From Thermoanaerobaculia bacterium (GTDB taxonomy: Bacteria; Acidobacteriota; Thermoanaerobaculia; Multivoradales; Multivoraceae): a stretch of 64,000 nucleotides of DNA. The stretch lies in NCBI GenBank assembly GCA_963666565.1, contig OY762911.1:864001-928000 (forward strand), written 5' to 3'. A model generated the notes under the pieces. That model made no database searches and was not told the DNA's origin. It saw only the letters and a list, made by a program, of their open reading frames with translations. Both the position numbers and the translations under genes were made by a program. Shown piece by piece: positions 1-11,316 of this stretch (within the stretch, counting starts at the first letter, position 1; each line of letters opens with the position of its first letter).

Positions 1-56
1 GGCGCCCGCCATGTCGTCGAACTCGAACCGGCGTTCCGGCCGATCGGCCTCGCCGG

Positions 57-1508
57 TCACGAGGCGTCGATCTCGGCGACGACGAAGCGCTCGCGGTGCA
101 GGCCCGGATCCGCCCGCAGCAGAATGGGCGCGTCGAACGCTCCCTGCATCCCGTCCAGGACCTCCGACTCGGAACCGTTCAGCCCGTCCAGGACCTCCGG
201 GTGAACCCGCACTGCCAACTGGCGGCAGCCGCGGCCGGCATGCGCCAGACAGGCCCGCCGCAACTCCAGACAGATCGTCGCGACCGACTTGATCCGCCCC
301 CTGCCCCGGCAGTACGGACAGGGTCCCGTGAGCGCCCGCTCCAGGTTCGCCCGGCGGCGCTGCCGGGTGACCTGCACCAGGCCGAACTCCGAGATCTCGA
401 GCGCCCGCTTCCGGGCGCGGTCCTTCCGCAGTTCCGCTTCGAGCCGCTCGAAGACGGCGCGGCGATCCTCCTCGCGCTCCATGTCGATCAGGTCGATGAC
501 GAGGATGCCGGACAGGTCCCGCAGCCGGATCTGGCGAACGGCCTCCTCGACCGCCTCGAGATTCGTCCGCAGCACCGTGTCGCGGAAGTTCCCCGGACCC
601 CCGACGGCGCCGGCGCCCACGTCGCGCCCCGAGTTGACGTCGATCGCCACCAGGGCCTCGGTCTGGTTGATGACCAGGTGGCCGCCGGACGGCAGCGGCG
701 TCCGGGGCTCGAGCGCGGCCTCGACGCCGGCGTCGATCCGGCGCCGGTCGAAGAGGCCGCGCCGGCTCCGGTGGAGCCGCTCGACGAGTTCCGGCTGCAC
801 CCGCCGGAGGTAGTCGCGGATCACGCGGTGAGCGTCGGCGCCATCGACCCGCAACGCGTCGAAATCCTCCCCGAAACGGTCGCGGATCACCCGTACCGCG
901 AGTTCCTCTTCGCGGTGGACCGGCGCCGGCGCCGCGAAGGAGGCCGCCCGCCCCTCGATCTCCCGCCAGAGGCCGGACAGGTACGCGCGGTCCCTCGCGA
1001 GGTCCTCCGCCGGGACGCCCGCCGCGGCGGTGCGCACGATGCACCCGGCCGCTTCGAGTTCGCCGGCGGCCGCCTCCCGCGCCGCGATTCTCAGCCGCTC
1101 GCGTTCCTCCGGATCCCCGATCCGCCTGGAAATCCCCACCCGTCCGGTCCCGGGCGTCAGCACCAGGTAGCGGCCGGGAAGCGCGATCCCGGTCGTGATC
1201 CGCGGTCCCTTGTCCGCCAGCCCCTCCCGCGCGATCTGGACGACGATCTCCTGGCCCCGGCGCGGGACGCAGGCGGGCTCGCCGTCCGCCGTCTCCTCCA
1301 GGTACAGGTAGCCGTCCCGTTGCAGCCCCAGGTCGACGAACGCGGCCCTCATGCCGGCGAGCACCCGACGGACCCGTCCCTTGTAGACGTTGCCGGCGAG
1401 GCCGCGGCCCCGGTGGCGCTCCACGAAGAACTCCACCAGCCGGCCGGCCTCCAGGACGGCGACGCGGGTCTGATGCGGGTCGCCTTCGACCAGAAGCTCC
1501 CTGTTCAT
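57..1508 (-). CDS. rng: Ribonuclease E/G family (RNase G)
   Basis: GNVYKGRV, AAFVDLG, TEALVAIDVNSG, LRDLSGILVIDLIDM and CPYCRGRG motifs; last gene of the mre-pbp2-rodA cluster. Confidence 0.93.
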   Translation of the reverse strand: MNRELLVEGDPHQTRVAVLEAGRLVEFFVERHRGRGLAGNVYKGRVRRVLAGMRAAFVDLGLQRDGYLYLEETADGEPACVPRRGQEIVVQIAREGLADKGPRITTGIALPGRYLVLTPGTGRVGISRRIGDPEERERLRIAAREAAAGELEAAGCIVRTAAAGVPAEDLARDRAYLSGLWREIEGRAASFAAPAPVHREEELAVRVIRDRFGEDFDALRVDGADAHRVIRDYLRRVQPELVERLHRSRRGLFDRRRIDAGVEAALEPRTPLPSGGHLVINQTEALVAIDVNSGRDVGAGAVGGPGNFRDTVLRTNLEAVEEAVRQIRLRDLSGILVIDLIDMEREEDRRAVFERLEAELRKDRARKRALEISEFGLVQVTRQRRRANLERALTGPCPYCRGRGRIKSVATICLELRRACLAHAGRGCRQLAVRVHPEVLDGLNGSESEVLDGMQGAFDAPILLRADPGLHRERFVVAEIDAS

Positions 1509-1539
1509 TGCCGTGCCGGAGGCCGTCCCGGACGGCGGC

Positions 1540-2655
1540 TCAGACGTTGACGAACCGCCGCGCGTCGAGGCCGATCATCAGCCCGGTGGCCGCGCAGCAG
1601 AAGAGCATGAAGGAGCCGCCGTAGCTCAGGAAGGGCAGCGGGATGCCGGTGATCGGAAGCAGGCCGACCACCATCGCCGTATTGTAGAGAACGTGGCCCG
1701 CGATGAAGGCGAGCAGGCCGGTGACGAGCAGCACGCCAGCCGGGTCTCGCGCCGCGAACGCGACGCGCGCGCCGTTCCACAGGTAGAGCGCGAACAGCCC
1801 CAGCACGACGGTGACGCCGGCGAACCCGTACTCCTCGGCCAGCACGGCGAACGCGAAGTCGGTGTGCGGCGTCGGCAGGAACTGGAGGTTCGACTGCGTG
1901 CCCTCGCCGTAGCCCTTGCCCAGCATCTGGCCCGACCCGACGGCGATGCGGCTCTGACGCACCTGGTAGCCGGACCCGAGAGGATCCGCGTCGGGCCGGA
2001 AGAAGCTCGACAGGCGCTCCTTCTGGTAGTCCTGCAGGGCGAAGATCCAGATGCCGCCCGCGATCAGGGCGGCGGCCGCCGCCGCCATCAGCACGGAGCG
2101 GCGCCTGACCCCGGCGACGAGCGCCATCGCGACGAGCATCGGCACGAACATCATCGCGCCGCCCATGTCCGGTTGCATGGCAATCAGCGCCACCGGCACG
2201 GCCACGAGCGCCGAGGCCGCCACCAGCCAGCCGCGAGGAGCGACCGGCGCCTGCGCTTCCGCCACGTATCGGGCCAGCAGGAGGACCGTCGCGATCTTGC
2301 AGAAGTCCGACGGCTGGCCGCCGAAGCCGCCGATTCCGATCCAGCTCCGGGCGCCGCCCGCCTCGTGGCCGAAGAACGTCACCGCGGCGACCGCGGCGAC
2401 CGCGGCCAGGTAGATCCAGAAGGCGTACCGGAGCAGCAGCGCGTAGTCGACCGCGGCCGCGGCCGCCATCGCCAGCAGACCCAGAGCGATCCACGCGGAC
2501 TGCCGCGAAACGTGGCCTGCGTCCAGCTCCGCCGAAGCGCTCGAGATGACGATCAGACCGATCGCCGACAGCGCCAGCGCGGAAGAGCCGAGCAGCCAGG
2601 AGACGGAGCGGACCCGGCGGACCAGGGGCCACGGATCAGGTCTCGCCGGAATCAC
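1540..2655 (-). CDS. rodA: Rod shape-determining SEDS protein RodA
   Basis: GARSWI, QPSDFCK, QPDMG, GYQVRQSRIAVGSG, PHTDFAF, GIPLPFLSYGGS; GTG start at 2655 chosen by eye. Confidence 0.93.
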   Translation of the reverse strand: MIPARPDPWPLVRRVRSVSWLLGSSALALSAIGLIVISSASAELDAGHVSRQSAWIALGLLAMAAAAAVDYALLLRYAFWIYLAAVAAVAAVTFFGHEAGGARSWIGIGGFGGQPSDFCKIATVLLLARYVAEAQAPVAPRGWLVAASALVAVPVALIAMQPDMGGAMMFVPMLVAMALVAGVRRRSVLMAAAAAALIAGGIWIFALQDYQKERLSSFFRPDADPLGSGYQVRQSRIAVGSGQMLGKGYGEGTQSNLQFLPTPHTDFAFAVLAEEYGFAGVTVVLGLFALYLWNGARVAFAARDPAGVLLVTGLLAFIAGHVLYNTAMVVGLLPITGIPLPFLSYGGSFMLFCCAATGLMIGLDARRFVNV

Positions 2656-4438
2656 CGAAGTACTCCTCGTGCAGGCGCCCGGCGAGCGGCGCCGCCGCTT
2701 CCGAGCCCCGGCCCCCGTGCTCGACGAACACGACGACGACGAGCTCCGGCGCCTCGACCGGCGCCCAGGAAGTGAACCAGGCGTGGTCGGCCTGGTCCGG
2801 CGGCAGATCCTCCGAGCGGGTCCACGTTTCCTGGGCGACCACCTGGGCCGTGCCCGTCTTGCCCGCCACGGCAACGACCGGCGTCCGGGCACTGGCGCCC
2901 GTTCCGTTCGCAACAACGTTGGCGAGAGCTTCGGCAACGAAGGAGACGACGGCGGGCGCCAGGCCCGTCGGCGCCGGCGGCGCGCCGCCGCCCTCCAGGA
3001 CGTGGGGTCGCACGAGGAGTCCCCCGTTCGCCACCGCGGCCGTCATCACCGCCACCTGCAGCGGCGAGGTCAGGAGCGGTCCCTGGCCGATCGCCACCGA
3101 CACCGTCTCGCCCGGGTACCACGGGTAGCCTCGCCGGTCCCTGCTCCATTGGGGATCGGGCACCAGGCCGGCGTTCTCGCCGGGGAGTTCGATGCCGGTC
3201 CGGCCGCCCAGCCCGAGCCGGCGGGCGGCGGCGGCGATCCTCTCGATTCCGATCCGGACGGCCTGCCGGTAGAAGTAGATGTCGCAGGAGTGCTGGAGGG
3301 CCGCGCGCAGGTCGACGCGGCCGTGCCCCCTCGGCTGCCAGCAGCGCCAGCGGCGGTCGTAGAGGCGGGTCGCGCCGCCGCAGTAGACGGTCTCCTCCGG
3401 GTCGATCGGGCCGCTCGCCAGGATCGCCGCCGCCGTCGCGATCTTGAACACCGAGCCGGGCGGGTAGACGTTCTGGATCGCGCGGTTCTGCAGCGGCTTG
3501 CCCGGCGCGTCGACGATCGATTCCCACTCCTCCTGGCTGAGCCCGCCGGCGAAGGCGTTCGGATCGAACGACGGGGAGGAAACCATGGCCCGGACCGCGC
3601 CGTCTCTCGGGTCGAGCGCCACGATCGCGCCGGCCTTGTCCGCCAGCAGGCTCTCCGCCAACTGCTGCAGCCGCAGGTCGATCGTCAGGACGACGGACTC
3701 GCCGGGCGCCGCGTCGATCCGCCGCACGTCCTCGACCGGCATCAGCCGGCCCAGACTGTCGATGACCACGGTTCGTTCTCCGTGCGTGCCCCGCAGCGCC
3801 CGGTCGCGCAGAAGCTCAACGCCGCTGCGGCCGATCAGGTCCCCCGCCGCCAGCGAATCGTCCCGAGCGTGCTCGGCGGGAGTGGGCTCGCCGAGGTAAC
3901 CCACCAGATGGGCGGTCTGGAAGCTGTGCCGGTAGAGGCGGCGCCGCGAGGTGGCGATCTCGAACTCCCGGTGCTCGGGTACCGAGACCTCGAACCGCGC
4001 GACCTGGTTCAGCTCCAGATCTTCGGCGAGCAGCACGGGCACCTCCCGGGGGACGCCCCGATGACGCTCCAGCGCACTCCGGAGCTCCCGCTCGTCCCGG
4101 CCGAGGATCTCGGCCGCCAAAGCCAGGCTGGCGCCTAGATCCGCGCTCCTGCTGCGGTCGATCATCAGCCGGAAGGTGGGCGTGTTCTCGACCAGTATCC
4201 GGCCCGAACGGTCGTGGATCGGACCTCTTGGCGCGTCCAGCCGGAGCACCCGCAGCCGGTTGTTCTCGGCCAGCCGCTCGTAGCGTTCGGCGCGGACGAT
4301 CTGGTGGTACCAGTAGGCGCCGAGCACGACCGCCAGACCCAGGCCCAGCGCTCCGCACAGCCATCTGAGCCGGACCGCCATGTCCAGCAGCAGCCGGTCC
4401 GAACCGTGCTCGCCCGCGGGGTTCCGCCGGCTCTTCAT
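2636..4438 (-). CDS. mrdA: Penicillin-binding protein 2
   Basis: APRGPIHDR, YPPGSVFK (SxxK), SCD, AGKTGTAQ. Confidence 0.95.
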   Translation of the reverse strand: MKSRRNPAGEHGSDRLLLDMAVRLRWLCGALGLGLAVVLGAYWYHQIVRAERYERLAENNRLRVLRLDAPRGPIHDRSGRILVENTPTFRLMIDRSRSADLGASLALAAEILGRDERELRSALERHRGVPREVPVLLAEDLELNQVARFEVSVPEHREFEIATSRRRLYRHSFQTAHLVGYLGEPTPAEHARDDSLAAGDLIGRSGVELLRDRALRGTHGERTVVIDSLGRLMPVEDVRRIDAAPGESVVLTIDLRLQQLAESLLADKAGAIVALDPRDGAVRAMVSSPSFDPNAFAGGLSQEEWESIVDAPGKPLQNRAIQNVYPPGSVFKIATAAAILASGPIDPEETVYCGGATRLYDRRWRCWQPRGHGRVDLRAALQHSCDIYFYRQAVRIGIERIAAAARRLGLGGRTGIELPGENAGLVPDPQWSRDRRGYPWYPGETVSVAIGQGPLLTSPLQVAVMTAAVANGGLLVRPHVLEGGGAPPAPTGLAPAVVSFVAEALANVVANGTGASARTPVVAVAGKTGTAQVVAQETWTRSEDLPPDQADHAWFTSWAPVEAPELVVVVFVEHGGRGSEAAAPLAGRLHEEYFGDSGET

Positions 4439-4451
4439 GTGGCCATCCCGG

Positions 4452-4967
4452 TCACCGCAGGCCCGTCCTCCCCTCCTTCAGTGTACGCCGTTCGTCCGCC
4501 CACGCCTTGAAGCGGTCGGCCAGCCACAGGCTCGGCACCCCGACCGCGGTCGTCGCGGCCACCCGCAGCGGCACGGCGGTCCCGCCGCCGAACTCGCCGA
4601 CCTCCAGAACCGCCAGCAGGCCGAGGACGATCGCCTGGTGAACGAGCGCGCCGACCGCCATCAGGAGCCACGCCACCGTCCGCTGGCTGGTCATGACGCG
4701 CTGCGACAGGCGCGCCGCGCCGTAGCCGACGACGCAGCACGCCAGGCCGTGGAGGCCGAACGGCGTCGTGGCCAGCGTGTCCTGAACCAGCCCGGCGGCC
4801 AGCCCGCCGGTCACTCCGTGCAGGGAGTTGCCGCTCAGGCCGGCCACCACGACGAGCACGACGAACAGGTCCACCATGTCGCCGGCCGCCGGCAGCACTT
4901 CGGCCAGCAGGAGTTCGACGAGCGAGACCGCGGCCAGTCCGGCGGCGAGCCTAGCGGGCCACGGCAT
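4452..4967 (-). CDS. mreD: Rod shape-determining protein MreD
   Basis: Hydrophobic membrane protein with GLVQD...FGLHGL, lying between mreC and mrdA. Confidence 0.85.
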   Translation of the reverse strand: MPWPARLAAGLAAVSLVELLLAEVLPAAGDMVDLFVVLVVVAGLSGNSLHGVTGGLAAGLVQDTLATTPFGLHGLACCVVGYGAARLSQRVMTSQRTVAWLLMAVGALVHQAIVLGLLAVLEVGEFGGGTAVPLRVAATTAVGVPSLWLADRFKAWADERRTLKEGRTGLR

Positions 4968-5790
4968 CCGCGCCGTCCATGAACGCCTCGGGCACCGGGT
5001 CGGTGCGCCAGACGAAGGCATGGCTGAGCGAGCCGAGATCCACGCTCGGAGCGACCTCGATCTCGTGAAAGGCGTCGCCGCTGGACTCGACGGACGTGAC
5101 CGTGCCGAGCGGGATGCCGCGGGGGAAGACGCCGTCGATGCCGGCCGTGATCACCCGGTCCCCCGGACGCACCTCGGCCTGCAGCGGCACGAACTCGAGC
5201 GAGAGCACGCCGGACCGCCTCGTGCCGCGGACGATGCCCTGGCGCCGGGTGCGCTCGATCATCGCGCCCACCGAGGACTCCCGGTCGGTGACCATCAGCA
5301 CCCGCGCGTAGGCGCCGCCGGCGAAGACGACCCGCCCCAGCACTCCATCGACCGTCGTCACCGGCCGCCGCGCCCACTCTTCCCGGCCGCTTCCGCGCGG
5401 CAGGCGCAGGATCGCGCTGCGGCGCAGCGACCGGTGGTCCACGGAGACGACGTCGGCCAGCACCAGTTCCGCGTCCGCCGGCCGCTCGTAGCCGAGCGGG
5501 GCCGACAGCAGGTCTACCTCCAGTTTCGCTCCCAGGGCCGCCGCGTGAGCGGCTTCGAGTTCCCGAACGCGGCTTCGAAGCTCCGCGTTGTCCCTCTCCA
5601 GGCGGGCCCGCGTCCGCCAACCCTCCCGCGTGCGCTCGACGGCGCCGACCGCGCCGGCGACGAGTCCCTTGACCGGCGCCTCCACCCACAGGGCTATGTC
5701 GCCGGCCCGTTCGGGCGACTGGGCGGTCAGCGAGGCGAGCAGAACGATCACCGCGACGGCGAACAGGATGGCGATCCGACGCTCGCTCAT
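4951..5790 (-). CDS. mreC: Rod shape-determining protein MreC
   Basis: N-terminal TM helix, coiled coil (LERDNAELR), GVLGRV, GDRVITAGIDGVFPRGIPLG. Confidence 0.92.
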   Translation of the reverse strand: MSERRIAILFAVAVIVLLASLTAQSPERAGDIALWVEAPVKGLVAGAVGAVERTREGWRTRARLERDNAELRSRVRELEAAHAAALGAKLEVDLLSAPLGYERPADAELVLADVVSVDHRSLRRSAILRLPRGSGREEWARRPVTTVDGVLGRVVFAGGAYARVLMVTDRESSVGAMIERTRRQGIVRGTRRSGVLSLEFVPLQAEVRPGDRVITAGIDGVFPRGIPLGTVTSVESSGDAFHEIEVAPSVDLGSLSHAFVWRTDPVPEAFMDGADAVAR

Positions 5791-5816
5791 CGTGGCGACC
5801 GCGTCCCCGGCGCTCC

Positions 5817-6833
<1,017 letters not shown>

Positions 6834-6935
6834 TCGTAAACGGACCTCGCGCCGCGATCATAGCGCCGAACGACCGCCCGATCCTGCTAGCATCCCGACC
6901 GCGCTGCGCCACCGCCGGGCGCCGGAGTCCAGATC

Positions 6936-8894
6936 ATGCTGAACGTCATCCGCAAGAACATCAAGAGCTTCTACCCGCTGGCCATCGGGCTCGCCGGTGT
7001 GTTCGTGCTCCTGGTCTTCACCGACTTCCGGTCGCTGGAGGGCACGCGCATCAACCCGGACGCCGCCACCGTGGGCAACGAGAGCATCACCTTCGCCGAG
7101 TTCGAGCGCAGCTACCGGAACGCGGAGAGCCGCTACCGGGAGATCTACGGCGATGCCTTCAACGCGGATCTCGCCGACCAGCTCCAGTTGCCGGTGCAGG
7201 CCCTGGAAGCCCTGATCAACGACCGTCTCCTCATCCGGGAAGCGGAACGGATGGGGCTGACCGTCAGCGACGAGGAGCTGCAGGAGGAAATCCTCGCCGT
7301 ACCCGGCCTGACCGACGGCGCCGGGAACTTCATCGGCGCCCGGCAGTACCAGGATCTCCTGCGCGCGAACCGGATGACGGTGGACGACTTCGAGTCCGAC
7401 CTGCGGGACGCCCTGCTGATCCGGAAGCTGCAACTGGCGCTCGCCGAAGTCGCCCACGTTTCCGACGCCGAGGTCGAGCTGCGGGGCCGCGAGGCGGCCG
7501 AACGCGCGGCGATCCGCTACTTCCAGGTCCCGGCGAGCCGCTACGCCGCCGAGGCCGAGCCCTCGGACGAGGCCGCCAGGGCGTACTTCGAGGAACACGG
7601 CGACGAGTTCGAGCTCCCCGAGCGCCGGCGGGTGGGCTATCTCCTGGTCAGCACGAACACGGTTCGGGCCGAGCTCGAGGTGACCGACGACGAGGCCCAG
7701 GCCTACTACGACGAGAACCCGGACCAGTTCGAGATCCCGGAACAGGTCCGCGCCAGCCACATCCTCCTGCTGGAGAGCAACGAACGGGACGCCGAACAGG
7801 CGCGGGCGTTGCTGGACCGGCTGCGCGGCCGCGTCGAGGCGGGAGAGGACTTCGCGGCGCTGGCCCGCGAGTACTCGGACGACGAAGCGACGAAGGAGGC
7901 GGGCGGCGACCTCGGCTACTTCGGCCGCGGCGCGATGACGCAAGCGTTCGAGGACGCGGCGTTCGGGGCGGCGAGCGGCGACCTGGTCGGACCGATCGAG
8001 AACCAGCTCGGCCCCCGCACCGGCCATCACCTGATCCTCGTCCACGAGCGCCGCGAGGGCGGCCGCCAGACCTTCGAGGAGGTCGGCAACCTGATCCGCG
8101 TTCAGCTCGAGGCCACCCGGGCCGAGGAAGAGTCGAAGAGCCGCATCGACGCCCTGCACGAGCGGCTGGCGGACGAGTCGTTCGCGGGCGAAGACGAGGC
8201 CCGGGAACTCGCCGCCGCCGAAGGGCTCGTTTACGCGAGCACGGAGCCCGTGGGAGAAGACGACGCCGTCGCCGGCATCGGACGGAACTTCAACTTCAGT
8301 TCCGCGGCGTTCGGACTCGAGACCGGCGCCTGGTCGGAACCGGTCCGCATCGCGGCGGGCTGGGCCCTGCTCACCGTGCTCGAGGTGCTGCCGCCGCGCG
8401 ACTCGGCGTTCGAGGAGGTCGAAACGGACGTCCGCGACGTCGTCCGCCGCCAGAAGGAAGGCGAGCTCCTGGCGTCGGCGCTCACGGAGGCGCGGGGACG
8501 GGTCGAGGACGGCCTGGGCATGGACGACGCGGCCGGGGAGTTCGAGGCCACGATCGAGGAGAGCGGCGCCTTCGGACTGCGCGAGGCGATCGGGACCCTG
8601 GGCGTCATGCCCGAGCTCTCGCGCGAGGTGTTCGCGCTCTCCGCCGGCCAGTTCGGCGGCCCGGTGGACACTCCGTTCGGCGCGGTGCTGTTCGAGGTGA
8701 CGGAGCGCGAGTCCTTCGATCCCGCACTGTTCGACCCGGAGGCGACCCGGAACGAGCTGCTGAACGAACGGAACCAGACGATGCTCCAGTCCCTGCTGCA
8801 GAACCTCCGCGAGGAGCTCGGCGTCCGCTACACGCAGGACTTCATCGAGAACTTCGGTCTGGCCGAGACCGAAGCCGAGGCGGCCGGCGCCTGA
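6936..8894 (+). CDS. ppiD: PpiD/SurA-type periplasmic chaperone, parvulin peptidyl-prolyl isomerase
   Basis: N-terminal TM, SurA-N domain, VRASHILL...FAALAREYSDD...GGDLGYFGRG parvulin motif. Confidence 0.88.
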   Translation: MLNVIRKNIKSFYPLAIGLAGVFVLLVFTDFRSLEGTRINPDAATVGNESITFAEFERSYRNAESRYREIYGDAFNADLADQLQLPVQALEALINDRLLIREAERMGLTVSDEELQEEILAVPGLTDGAGNFIGARQYQDLLRANRMTVDDFESDLRDALLIRKLQLALAEVAHVSDAEVELRGREAAERAAIRYFQVPASRYAAEAEPSDEAARAYFEEHGDEFELPERRRVGYLLVSTNTVRAELEVTDDEAQAYYDENPDQFEIPEQVRASHILLLESNERDAEQARALLDRLRGRVEAGEDFAALAREYSDDEATKEAGGDLGYFGRGAMTQAFEDAAFGAASGDLVGPIENQLGPRTGHHLILVHERREGGRQTFEEVGNLIRVQLEATRAEEESKSRIDALHERLADESFAGEDEARELAAAEGLVYASTEPVGEDDAVAGIGRNFNFSSAAFGLETGAWSEPVRIAAGWALLTVLEVLPPRDSAFEEVETDVRDVVRRQKEGELLASALTEARGRVEDGLGMDDAAGEFEATIEESGAFGLREAIGTLGVMPELSREVFALSAGQFGGPVDTPFGAVLFEVTERESFDPALFDPEATRNELLNERNQTMLQSLLQNLREELGVRYTQDFIENFGLAETEAEAAGA

Positions 8895-8919
8895 GCTCGG
8901 CGCGGCCATCCACACCGGC

Positions 8920-9537
8920 TTGATCGGCTACCTGCGCGGGCGCCGCCAGGCTCTCGAACCCGAGAGCCTGGTGCTCGACGTGAACGGCGTCGGCTACGCC
9001 GTGCGAATCCCCATGTCGACCTACTTCGAGCTGGAGAAGCTCGAGGCGGAGGACGAGATCGGCCTGTTCGTCCATACCCACGTCCGCGCCGACGCGATCG
9101 AGCTGTTCGGCTTCCGGACGGAGACCGAGCGGACCCTGTTCGAGCACCTGCTCGGCGTCGGCGGCGTCGGGCCGCGACTGGCCCAGGTCGTCCTGTCGGG
9201 CGGCTCCACCAGGGACCTGCTGAACGCCATCGGCGGCGGCAACGTCGCGTCCCTGACCCGCATCCCGGGCATCGGCCGCAAGACGGCCGAGCGGATGGTC
9301 CTGGAACTCCGGGAGAAGGCGAAGACGCTGCTCGCCGAGGCGGGCGCCGAACCGGAGCAGGCCGAGCCCGAGCCCGGCCGGGAGGACGAGCGGGAACAGG
9401 CGGTCGGCGCCCTCGTCAACCTCGGCTACCGCACCGCCGAAGCGCAGCGCGCCGTGTCGGCCGTGCTGGCGGAGACGCCCGAGATCGAGTTCGAGGACCT
9501 GCTGCGGATGAGCCTGCGGCGATTGTCGCGGCTCTGA
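8920..9537 (+). CDS. ruvA: Holliday junction branch migration protein RuvA
   Basis: MIGYLRG, DVNGVGY, HhH motifs GVGPR and IPGIGRKTAER, ALVNLGY. Confidence 0.96.
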   Translation: MIGYLRGRRQALEPESLVLDVNGVGYAVRIPMSTYFELEKLEAEDEIGLFVHTHVRADAIELFGFRTETERTLFEHLLGVGGVGPRLAQVVLSGGSTRDLLNAIGGGNVASLTRIPGIGRKTAERMVLELREKAKTLLAEAGAEPEQAEPEPGREDEREQAVGALVNLGYRTAEAQRAVSAVLAETPEIEFEDLLRMSLRRLSRL

Positions 9538-9623
9538 TGGCGGAGCGCGGAGCGGCAGAGCAGCGGAGCGGCAGAGGCCGGAGCGGCGGAGGCGGCCAGA
9601 GCGGCCGGAGCGGCGGTGGACGG

Positions 9624-9810
9624 ACCCGCCCGTCTTGGGTCGGGAGGGGTCGGCGCCCAGGTGACGCGCGCGCTCGAGAGGAGAAGGGCAGGGTTGCGCT
9701 TGCTCCGCTTCACTCGCTTCGGTTGGGCGTCGGTGAGTGCAACGTCGCCGGCAGTCGCTCGTTCAGAGGCACCTGGGCGCCGACCCCTCCTGACCCGACT
9801 GGGCTGGACG
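9624..9810 (+). repeat. Structured repeat family A, copy A1 (187 bp)
   Basis: ACCCG + long stem GGGTCGGGAGGGGTCGGCGCCCAGGTG / CACCTGGGCGCCGACCCCTCCTGACCC + TGGACG; near-identical inverted copy at 11317-11527. Confidence 0.9.
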
Positions 9811-9847
9811 TCGTTGCCGGCCGGGCTGACGGAGAGGGCTCGTGCCA

Positions 9848-10089
9848 CTGGCTGCGCGGGTCTGCCGGCCCGCATGCCGCCCCGCACTGGCTGCGCGGAT
9901 CTGCCGACCCGCGTGCCGCCCCGCGCTGGCTGCGCGGATCTGCTGACCCGCATGCCGCCCCGCGCTGGCTGCGCGGATCTGCTGACCCGCATGCCGCCCC
10001 ACGCTGGGTGCGCGGGTCTTCTGACCCGCATGCCGCCCCACGCTGGGTGCGCGGGTCTTCTGACCCGCATGCCGCCGGAGGCGGCCAGG
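9848..10089 (+). repeat. Tandem array of six 39-bp REP-like units (family B)
   Basis: Units CTGG(C/G)TGCGCGG..TCT.CTGACCCGCATGCCGCCCC.CG start at 9848, 9887, 9926, 9965, 10004 and 10043; no unique spacers. Confidence 0.9.
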
Positions 10090-10140
10090 AAACGCGCCGC
10101 GAAGCGGCGGCGACCCGGGCAGCGGGGTAGCATCGCCGCC

Positions 10141-11172
10141 ATGGCCGGGCCGGGCGCCGAGGAGATCGAACGGAACATCCTCTCGGGCGCGCCGGATCCG
10201 GACGACCGCCGCGTCGAGCCGTCGCTGCGACCGCGGCGTCTGGCCGACTACCTGGGCCAGAAGAAGATCGTCGATCTGCTCGACATCTACATGCAGGCGG
10301 CACGGGGCCGGGGCGAGCCGCTGGATCATGTCCTTCTGTTCGGGCCCCCGGGGCTGGGCAAGACGACGCTCGCGCACATCGTCGCCCGCGAGATGGGCGC
10401 GGTCCTGCGGTCCACGTCGGGCCCGGTGCTCGAGCGCGCCGGCGACCTGGCGGCCATCCTGACCAACCTGGAGCCGGGCGACGTCCTGTTCATCGACGAG
10501 ATCCACCGGCTCGGCCCGACCGTCGAGGAGATCCTCTACCCGGCGCTCGAGGACTTCCAGCTCGACCTGGTCATCGGCCAGGGGCCGATGGCGAAGACGG
10601 TGCGGATCGACCTGCCTCGCTTCACCCTGGTCGGCGCCACGACCCGCGCCGGCCTGATCACGCCGCCGCTGCAGGCGCGCTTCGGCATCGTCCATCGGCT
10701 CGACTTCTACAGTCCAGAGGTGCTGAGAGTCATCGTCCAGCGTTCCGGCGACCTGCTCGAGGTGCCGGTGGACGAGGGCGGCGCCAGCGAGATCGCCCGG
10801 CGCAGCCGCGGCACTCCGAGGATCGCCAACCGGCTGCTGCGCCGGGTGCGCGACTTCGCGCAGATCGAGGGCGACGGCCGGATCGACCGCGCGACCGCGA
10901 ACCGGGCCCTGGAGCAACTCGAAGTCGACGAGCACGGCCTGGACGAGATCGACCGCAAGATCATGGGCCTGCTGATCCGGCAGTACGACGGCGGCCCCGC
11001 CGGCATCAAGGCCCTGGCCGCCTCGGTCGGCGAAGACGAGGGCACGATCGAGGACATCTACGAGCCGTACCTCATCCAGGAGGGCTTCCTCCAGCGCACC
11101 CGCCGCGGCCGCGTCGCGACCCGACGCGCCTACGAGCATCTGAACCTGCCCGTCCACGGCACGCTCTTCTAA
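10141..11172 (+). CDS. ruvB: Holliday junction helicase RuvB
   Basis: [50 protein letters not shown]. Confidence 0.97.
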   Translation: MAGPGAEEIERNILSGAPDPDDRRVEPSLRPRRLADYLGQKKIVDLLDIYMQAARGRGEPLDHVLLFGPPGLGKTTLAHIVAREMGAVLRSTSGPVLERAGDLAAILTNLEPGDVLFIDEIHRLGPTVEEILYPALEDFQLDLVIGQGPMAKTVRIDLPRFTLVGATTRAGLITPPLQARFGIVHRLDFYSPEVLRVIVQRSGDLLEVPVDEGGASEIARRSRGTPRIANRLLRRVRDFAQIEGDGRIDRATANRALEQLEVDEHGLDEIDRKIMGLLIRQYDGGPAGIKALAASVGEDEGTIEDIYEPYLIQEGFLQRTRRGRVATRRAYEHLNLPVHGTLF

Positions 11173-11219
11173 CTGGGTGCGCGGGTCTTCTGACCCGCTG
11201 CCGCCGAAGGCGGCCAGGA
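11173..11219 (+). repeat. REP-like double hairpin, family B
   Basis: CTGGGTGCGCGGGTCTTCTGACCCGCTGCCGCCGAAGGCGGCCAGGA immediately after the ruvB stop; matches 10043-10089. Confidence 0.85.
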
Positions 11220-11237
11220 GCCCCGCCAGTTCCACGC

Positions 11238-11289
11238 AAGCCTGCGCCGCAGAACGCCGCGAGGCAAGTCCGGGCGCAGGCGCCGCCGT
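11238..11289 (+). repeat. Hairpin repeat, family C
   Basis: AAGCCTGCGCCGCAGAACGCCGCGAGGCAAGTCCGGGCGCAGGCGCCGCCGT; inverted homolog at 46455-46506. Confidence 0.75.
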
Positions 11290-11316
11290 AGCCCCCGCAG
11301 ACTCCGTGTCTGGCCC

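Noticed and set aside
9848-10089. Possible CRISPR array
   Set aside because: Units are contiguous 39-bp tandem copies with no unique spacers, and the window has no cas genes.
9616-10140. 175-aa N-terminal extension of RuvB with Cys-containing repeats ([11 protein letters not shown])
   Set aside because: It is a translation of the non-coding A and B repeats; RuvB homology and the TAGCAT hexamer point to ATG 10141.
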